Positions 59,096 through 64,000 of a stretch of 64,000 bases of DNA are shown here, piece by piece. Both the position numbers and the translations under genes were made by a program. Below the pieces are notes generated by a model. It was given only the letters and a program-made list of their open reading frames with translations, ran no database searches and had not been told where the DNA came from. Origin of the DNA: a virus (taxonomy: Duplodnaviria; Caudoviricetes); IMG/VR virus record IMGVR_UViG_3300021387_000484, positions 36,089 to 100,088 of that record; one strand, 5' to 3'. Position 1 is the first letter of the stretch; each line of letters begins with the position of its first letter.

Positions 59096-60595
59096 TCAAC
59101 CGACAGTTATCGGCTCATATCTCTTTGAGTTGACCACCTTCATCATGTGGTCTGTAGGTGTCATGCCGACGGAACCAATCAGCTGTCCGAATACCGAAGC
59201 TGACTGTCCGCTCACAAGGATGACTCCCTTGCGGGTATTATCCGCATGGAATACATCGTGGCGGCTGTTGACGTTCCAGAAAATGACGGTTGGTATCTCG
59301 TACCCCGCCACAGCGTACTCGCGCCTTACGGTCTCGTAGAACGTCCACTCGCCGCCGCAGTAATCGAATTCCATGTCGGAAATGATAATCAGGGCTTTGG
59401 GCATCTCCTCAGGGGTGACCCGGTTGCTAATGGCTGTACTCAGGATGAGTGCAAACGCGGCATGGCAGTTGGTACTCGACCCCCAGTTGTTGTAGTCGAT
59501 GTTGTTGAGGACCTGCTTCAGGGTCTTGCCCCTTATCTGCTGAAAAGAAGGCGCGGATGAAAAATTCATCCAAAGCCCCTTGTAGGCACCGGTGTTCCTC
59601 TGAGCGAAGTAGATGGCAAGCCCGACAGCTGTGTCCATGGGCCGTCCCATCATACTTCCCGAAGTATCGGCAATGACGATGGCGTTTGTCCCCGGCTCAA
59701 CGTAGTTGGGAAGCTGGTCCCACTGGGCCTGAAGTATCTGCTCCTGAACAGCGGAAAGGTTGCTCCCTGTGTAATAGCCCCTGAAGCTACCACGCCCGTA
59801 CTCGCCTATGATGTCGTAGGGGAACAGGGTAGCGGAGTTTATCTTTTCCTCGCCGCTTGCGGCCTTCTCTGCGAACTTTGAAAACCTCTTGGCGTCATGC
59901 TTCATAAAGGCGTTGCGGTAAATGAGCATTGCCCTCGAAGGGACTTCAGAGTACTTGACTTTGTCCCACTGCTTTGTGGACATGAGCCCTTCGACCACGC
60001 CGATATGCTTTCTCATGGCGCGGATGATGCGCTTGAAGTTGTAGACGGGAAATCCCATCTTCTTTGCAGTCAGGATACCCAGCTTCCTCGTATTCTTGGA
60101 AGAAGCGTCTGCCGACTTTATCCACTTGGCAAGAAGAGAAATGGCTTCCCCCTTTGACATGCCCTCAAGGTCGTCGTAAAGCTGTTTCCTCATGGCGTCC
60201 CACATGTCTTCCTCAAGGGGCGTCCCCACAAGCTCATACAGGTCGTCATACCGGCCATATGCGCCGATAAGGTCAAGGTTCGGCCTTATCGCTTCAGGGT
60301 GATGGAAGGCGCAGTACCTGAGGATTGTGCGGAACGTCTTGCGCTCCCCAAGCCCCGCCGTCTCGCCGTCACCACGGATGTCCCTTGCATGGAACAGAAT
60401 CTTTGTCGCGATGAGCGGGTTTTCCTTGTAGGCCTCCTCGAACAGGGTAGTCACCCTTGTTGCTTTCGCTTCGCGCAGGGCGCCGACCGTCCCGAAGAAA
60501 TCCAGAAGGCCTTCGCCTGTGGTCCTAAGGGCAAGGGCCCCGTTCTCGGTGCGCGTCCAGCGCTGTTCCTGCTTCATTGCCTGTGCAAAATCCAT
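59096..60595 (-). CDS. DUF2828-like protein (TROVE/Ro60-like helical domain + vWA)
   Basis: Start MDF after AAAGGAGG; TENGA, RDIRG..GLGER, YGRYDDL, LAKW, vWA MIDAS DTSGSM, ISDMEFD, FWNV. Confidence 0.85.
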   Translation of the reverse strand: MDFAQAMKQEQRWTRTENGALALRTTGEGLLDFFGTVGALREAKATRVTTLFEEAYKENPLIATKILFHARDIRGDGETAGLGERKTFRTILRYCAFHHPEAIRPNLDLIGAYGRYDDLYELVGTPLEEDMWDAMRKQLYDDLEGMSKGEAISLLAKWIKSADASSKNTRKLGILTAKKMGFPVYNFKRIIRAMRKHIGVVEGLMSTKQWDKVKYSEVPSRAMLIYRNAFMKHDAKRFSKFAEKAASGEEKINSATLFPYDIIGEYGRGSFRGYYTGSNLSAVQEQILQAQWDQLPNYVEPGTNAIVIADTSGSMMGRPMDTAVGLAIYFAQRNTGAYKGLWMNFSSAPSFQQIRGKTLKQVLNNIDYNNWGSSTNCHAAFALILSTAISNRVTPEEMPKALIIISDMEFDYCGGEWTFYETVRREYAVAGYEIPTVIFWNVNSRHDVFHADNTRKGVILVSGQSASVFGQLIGSVGMTPTDHMMKVVNSKRYEPITVG

Positions 60596-60616
60596 AAAAA
60601 CCTCCTTTGATAAAAA

Positions 60617-60729
60617 AGGGGACGGCAGGATTCGAACCTGCATCTTCCGTTTTTGAGACGAATTTTGGTGGTTGCTGAATAGGTCACGGACATGACCCTT
60701 TATACATGCTACCGTTGCACCACGTCCCC
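60617..60729 (-). tRNA. tRNA-like RNA (anticodon CAA, short variable loop) with about 42-nt insertion
   Basis: Acceptor GGGGACG/CGTCCCC; TTCGT-CTCAAAA-ACGGA; GCAGG-TTCGAAT-CCTGC; insert GGTCA-TGTCCG-TGACC..TTCAGCAA. Confidence 0.75.
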
Positions 60730-60856
60730 GCATGCGCCGCCTTCATCCTGCTCCCCAGATTCCATATCCGGGAAATTTCGCCTCGCGTATGCATCCGCTT
60801 CGGCTTACAGGGCCATTCTTCCGTAGGCGCGGCCTACCCACATCATTTGCGCAAAA

Positions 60857-60969
60857 CAGTGACGGCGGGAATCGAACCCGCGCTACCCGCGCCCATAGCG
60901 AAAAAAAGTTGCAGTCAAGGTCACGGACATGACCCATAAAATGGCGTGCTACCACTACACTACGTCACT
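60857..60969 (-). tRNA. tRNA-Pro(TGG)-like with about 42-nt insertion
   Basis: Acceptor AGTGACG/CGTCACT; loop TATGGGC; T arm GCGGG-TTCGATT-CCCGC; insert GGTCA-TGTCCG-TGACC-TTGACTGCAA. Confidence 0.7.
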
Positions 60970-60974
60970 GATAC

Positions 60975-61046
60975 CAGCCCCAGCAGGAATCGGACCTGCG
61001 CATGTGGGAATCAAAATCCCATGCCTTACCGCTTGGCTATAGGGCC
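60975..61046 (-). tRNA. tRNA-Gln(TTG)
   Basis: Canonical cloverleaf, TGGGA-TTTTGAT-TCCCA; variant T loop TCCGATT. Confidence 0.85.
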
Positions 61047-61146
61047 GTGCGTGCCGGTGAATACGGTTTTTAAACCGCCCTCTCACACCGGCACTTTATA
61101 AAGAGAAAGAGGTAATAAAATGAACTGCCGGGCGCCGGACCCGGCA

Positions 61147-61267
61147 ACGGAACGGCAGGACTCGAACCTGCAATCTTGTTGTCAGCAAGTAAGCCGTTCA
61201 AACCATATAGGGATGGTGACTAGCCAATTACATCTTCGCCCATGTTTACCGATTTCATCACATTCCG
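61147..61267 (-). tRNA. tRNA-like RNA (loop CTGACAA, Val GAC?) with about 50-nt insertion
   Basis: Acceptor CGGAATG/CGTTCCG, D arm ATG/CAT, T arm GCAGG-TTCGAGT-CCTGC. Confidence 0.6.
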
Positions 61268-61533
61268 ATATGCACCGTATCCTCAAAGGTGCGTCCTACT
61301 TGCGCACGCCAGACCGCGCGCTTTTGGGTTTTCCATGCCAACAGTTTTCTGGTTACTGAACAGGGGAGGATTCGTTTTGCCGTTCTCGTGCCCCGCTATC
61401 CGGTAGCGTGTTTAATCGGTGTGACCACAGCCGTAGAACGGTTTTCGGGATGACTGCAAACCCATCTGGTTTAACGTGGGAAGACACCACGGCTTTTTTG
61501 ATAAAGGTCAGACAGGAAGAACTTTGCAATGCC

Positions 61534-61758
61534 TTAACGAATTTTCTGGTATACCCTCCACGCCTTATCGACAAAATCTGTCTCCTCTGCTGACGTTATG
61601 TCTATGTTATCCACCTCGGCATCGGGATATGCCATGGCGATTGCGCTCTTGGCGTTTCCTAAAGCCTCGTAAATCCTCGGTGCCGGTCCATAAGCCGACA
61701 CTTTGACTCGCTCCTCCTTCCTGTTAAAAGAGGCGTCAACATGCCAGTATCTTTCCAT
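61534..61758 (-). CDS. Small hypothetical protein within tRNA cluster
   Basis: 74-aa ORF with AAGGAG RBS. Confidence 0.55.
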   Translation of the reverse strand: MERYWHVDASFNRKEERVKVSAYGPAPRIYEALGNAKSAIAMAYPDAEVDNIDITSAEETDFVDKAWRVYQKIR

Positions 61759-61794
61759 AGAACTCCTTTATGCGAATGATAATCGACCTGCAAG

Positions 61795-61867
61795 AGGGAA
61801 CGGCGGGACTTGAACCCGCAACAACACGGTTAACAGCCGTGCGCTCTGCCGATTGAGCTACGAACCC
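61795..61867 (-). tRNA. tRNA-Asn(GTT)
   Basis: Cloverleaf CACGG-CTGTTAA-CCGTG; two T-T mismatches in acceptor stem. Confidence 0.8.
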
Positions 61868-61883
61868 ATGTCTGTTTTCATAG

Positions 61884-62010
61884 AGCCGGGGGTGGGATTT
61901 GAACCCACATGTCTGCGTATACTTGTTCAGATTGGCCATGTTTGAACCCCATGGAACAGAACTGACACAGATTAAGAGTCTGCCGCTCTATCCTATTGAG
62001 CTACCCCGGC
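61884..62010 (-). tRNA. tRNA-Lys(CTT) with about 58-nt structured variable region
   Basis: GCCGGGG/CCCCGGC acceptor, GCAGA-CTCTTAA-TCTGT, GTGGG-TTCAAAT-CCCAC. Confidence 0.75.
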
Positions 62011-62017
62011 GAAAAAA

Positions 62018-62103
62018 ATGTGTTGAAGTCTGTGGGGCTCGAACCCACGCTTAGTCGTTGTTAGCGACCCGGTGTCTCCCTCTAACCTATCGCTTCAACA
62101 CAT
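62018..62103 (-). ncRNA. tRNA-like RNA (loop CTAACAA) with 11-bp terminal stem
   Basis: ATGTGTTGAAG/CTTCAACACAT; GGTCG-CTAACAA-CGACT; GTGGG-TTCGAGC-CCCAC. Confidence 0.55.
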
Positions 62104-62106
62104 AAC

Positions 62107-62195
62107 CGCCCCCACCGGGAATCGAACCCGGACCACTGTCGGAGACAGCGACGTGCGCTACATGCTTAAATCGACTTCCATTACGCTATAGGGGC
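62107..62195 (-). tRNA. tRNA-Gly(TCC)-like with expanded D-loop
   Basis: GCCCCTA/TGGGGGC acceptor; 24-nt D loop; CGCTG-TCTCCGA-CAGTG; CCGGG-TTCGATT-CCCGG. Confidence 0.55.
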
Positions 62196-62340
62196 AATCA
62201 TATAGACTATTCGGTCTCCACCGGGCGTCACCCCAAGAAGCTCACTCTCGCAGAGCTTTCTCATCATTTTCCCCGGCAGGATACCACCACCTCTAAGCAA
62301 AGCGTAGGTGGCGGGAGGAATGCCGGCCTTTTGACCGACA

Positions 62341-63606
62341 CTAACCTGCCAACCTCCTTTCTGTCAGTGTTGTGTGTCTCGTTTCCAGAAACTCCAGTTT
62401 CTTGCATGAAATTCCAGCGTGTACTTTTGTCCCATCCAACATACGAATATCAAAATATCCACTGCCGCGTCTTCCGAAGATGAAGCATTCCCGCCCCTTG
62501 TACCGCACCTTATCGAAAAGCCTGAAGCCCTTTACGAGATATGGTGCTTGATTTCTTTTCCTTACACCGCCTTTGTATATCTTTGCCTTATAAATCTGTC
62601 TGTTATGGCAACGCACTTTCTTCTGGTAGAAAACCCCGCCGTTTGATACTGCGTCTGGGTGGCCGCTGATACATCTGGCGTCTATGTGATGTTCTTTCGG
62701 CAATCCTTTTTGTATCTGTGTGTTTTTTGTGATATAGCCAAAGGTCATGCTGACCATATCCAGTCCGTATTCTTCTCTCAGCCGTTTATAGACCGTCCAC
62801 CGCATAATCCCCATAAAGGCGGCGTCATTGTAACGGTTTCCGCGCTTAATGTCGTCAGGGAGTTTTACCATGCCTTTGTGATACCCTTCATGGCAGGTTC
62901 TGCACAGGGTTACCAGATTGTTCGGTGAATCTCCGCCAATCTTTCTGCTTTGTATATGGTGCACTTCCAGTACAGGGTCTTTTGACTTTCCCTTGCAACA
63001 ACGGCAAGTATGCCCATCTCTAAAGAGGACGTATTCCCGCGTGTTCCAGAAACTAAGCTGTTCTCCGTTCTGGTAGTCTTTCCCTTCTGGCAGTGGAGTC
63101 CCATTCTCCTGTGCCTTGAGAAGCTGTGTATCAAATGATGCCGTCTCAATGATGATTTTTGAAACTGGTAGTATCTTACAGACCCTTCTGATTGCTGTAA
63201 GATGTGTCTGTATCTTCTGCTCTACAGATGGTGCAAGCCATCCCTTGTTCTTTGACTTTGTACGGTTTAGAAATCTTGGTTTCCTGTACCTTGTTTTTCT
63301 GCTACGCCTTGCGCGTCTGTACTGTCTCCTTGTTGAAAGCAGTTCTACGATGTCATTCCTCAGTTCCACGTCCGCCTCATAGAGGACAGACTTTTCTGTT
63401 GTTGCTGATATGCCGACATGCTTTGACCCGGCATCAACGCCTAAAGATACCGGCTGTGTACAGGTCTTCCCTTTATACATCAGTTGTATCGTAAAAGGCG
63501 TACGCCTTATGACTCTTGCCCTTCCGTCACGAAGCATGCGCCTTACATGCCCGTAACGCTTTGTCGGCATGAGTGGCTTCCCCTCCATGCTTAATACATA
63601 GACCAT
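62341..63606 (-). CDS. iscB: RNA-guided endonuclease IscB
   Basis: PLMP, RuvC-I LGVDAGSK, bridge helix RRQYRRARRSRKTRYR, RuvC-II IIE, HNH EVHH..NLVTLC..CH, RuvC-III HHIDA. Confidence 0.95.
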   Translation of the reverse strand: MVYVLSMEGKPLMPTKRYGHVRRMLRDGRARVIRRTPFTIQLMYKGKTCTQPVSLGVDAGSKHVGISATTEKSVLYEADVELRNDIVELLSTRRQYRRARRSRKTRYRKPRFLNRTKSKNKGWLAPSVEQKIQTHLTAIRRVCKILPVSKIIIETASFDTQLLKAQENGTPLPEGKDYQNGEQLSFWNTREYVLFRDGHTCRCCKGKSKDPVLEVHHIQSRKIGGDSPNNLVTLCRTCHEGYHKGMVKLPDDIKRGNRYNDAAFMGIMRWTVYKRLREEYGLDMVSMTFGYITKNTQIQKGLPKEHHIDARCISGHPDAVSNGGVFYQKKVRCHNRQIYKAKIYKGGVRKRNQAPYLVKGFRLFDKVRYKGRECFIFGRRGSGYFDIRMLDGTKVHAGISCKKLEFLETRHTTLTERRLAG

Positions 63607-63611
63607 TATTT

Positions 63612-63893
63612 CTCCTTTGACCGGACTATACCGGTAATTCAGCTTTCGCTGTTGTGCGGCCTTCGCCAATGTTAAGAGGGCTTGTCATGTCCGCGGCACT
63701 GTCCCTTCCCATAAGGACTGTTTAACCACGGACGGCAGGGCCGTAGGTTAGGCCGTACGCCCACGGGTGCCGTGACCCTCTTAACGTAGTGCCCAAAAGC
63801 ACTGAGGCTTGTCAACCGGGCATGCAAAAAGACGAATCCTTTCGCAAGCCCCCGCTTCAAGGCGCTTCAGCGCCTAAGCGGTGGGTAGTTGAC
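63612..63893 (-). ncRNA. omega-RNA (HEARO-like) scaffold
   Basis: GTCAACTACCC..GTTGACAAGCCT..CTACGTT..AACATTGGCGAAG upstream of iscB. Confidence 0.85.
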
Positions 63894-64000
63894 TCAGGAC
63901 AGACTCTCATCTAATCCAGCGCCGATTACACAGTTTAGCATCGGGAACTTAGAAGGCTTAGGTTTTCCTTCATTCCTCTACAGCGTGAGTTGCGCCGTAT

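Larger units (their letters stand above)
62265..63893 (-). mobile_element. Non-autonomous IS200/IS605-family IscB element (no tnpA)
   Basis: Left end GTCAACTACCC.., omega-RNA, iscB, right-end hairpin ATTCCTCCCGCCACC..GGTGGTGGTATCC; right boundary approximate. Confidence 0.85.

Noticed and set aside
60596-60733. N-terminal extension of the 545-aa ORF
   Set aside because: Overlaps a tRNA-like gene; a strong RBS supports the start at 60595.
61440-61495. Pistol-ribozyme-like start CGTGG-loop-CCACG-TTAAA on the minus strand
   Set aside because: Pseudoknot pairing is imperfect and the downstream conserved core is not evident; needs an Infernal search.
1432-61784. TGATAATC as Fur boxes or DnaA boxes
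   Set aside because: Only half-sites of the Fur inverted repeat; mismatched to TTATCCACA; mostly not at promoters or the origin.
58829-62195. CRISPR array or canonical tRNA introns
   Set aside because: Repeated segments are tRNA arms and inserts, not identical repeats with spacers. Inserts are not at the anticodon loop and are far too short for group I introns.
63607-63669. N-terminal extension of IscB, and a Cas9 or TnpB call
   Set aside because: Extension lies in the omega-RNA; PLMP + HNH + split RuvC at about 420 aa with no CRISPR array defines IscB.
62200-63910. Hammerhead core (CTGA-TGA..GAA) formed by rejoining IscB flanks
   Set aside because: Depends on an uncertain junction; stems I/III and the GAAA core could not be built convincingly.

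Overview
64 kb of a temperate tailed phage (Caudoviricetes) of a Firmicutes/Clostridia-like host, inferred from sigma-A promoters, AGGAGG RBSs, GH25/CW_7-type lysins and a large serine integrase. Almost all real genes are on the minus strand; long plus-strand ORFs are mostly antisense shadows. Reading in transcription order (right to left): a non-autonomous IscB/omega-RNA element (62.3-63.9 kb); a cluster of about 9 tRNAs or tRNA-like RNAs, most with large structured insertions, around a DUF2828-like (TROVE/vWA, Ro60-like) gene (58.8-62.2 kb); small early genes (ThyX, MazG-like, HTH, Lar-like); a lysogeny module (serine integrase, cI/cro, about 9 operator copies); recombination and replication genes (nuclease, SSAP, initiator with ori, loader, RusA, SSB, ArpU-like activator); an accessory early block; a lysis block with GH114-like and CHAP-MBL enzymes; a free-standing intein-derived LAGLIDADG nuclease; TerS; TerL with a class-3 intein; a 1454-aa portal fusion; and head-region 'cargo' genes, including a >1575-aa polyprotein missed by the ORF track because it runs off the left edge. 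Two candidate undescribed systems stand out. (1) A modular virion-cargo grammar: [R/H/N]-x-D immediately followed by W-[IV]-T-x-[KN]-[GN]-x-H, present 9 times in front of ART-, ParB-, JAB-, zeta-kinase- and metallopeptidase-like domains. (2) tRNA bodies carrying a shared hairpin plus a (A/T)C(A/T)GCAA motif, with mini-RNAs sharing the same motif, clustered around the Ro60-like gene. All domain calls come from motif recognition by eye, without database searches.
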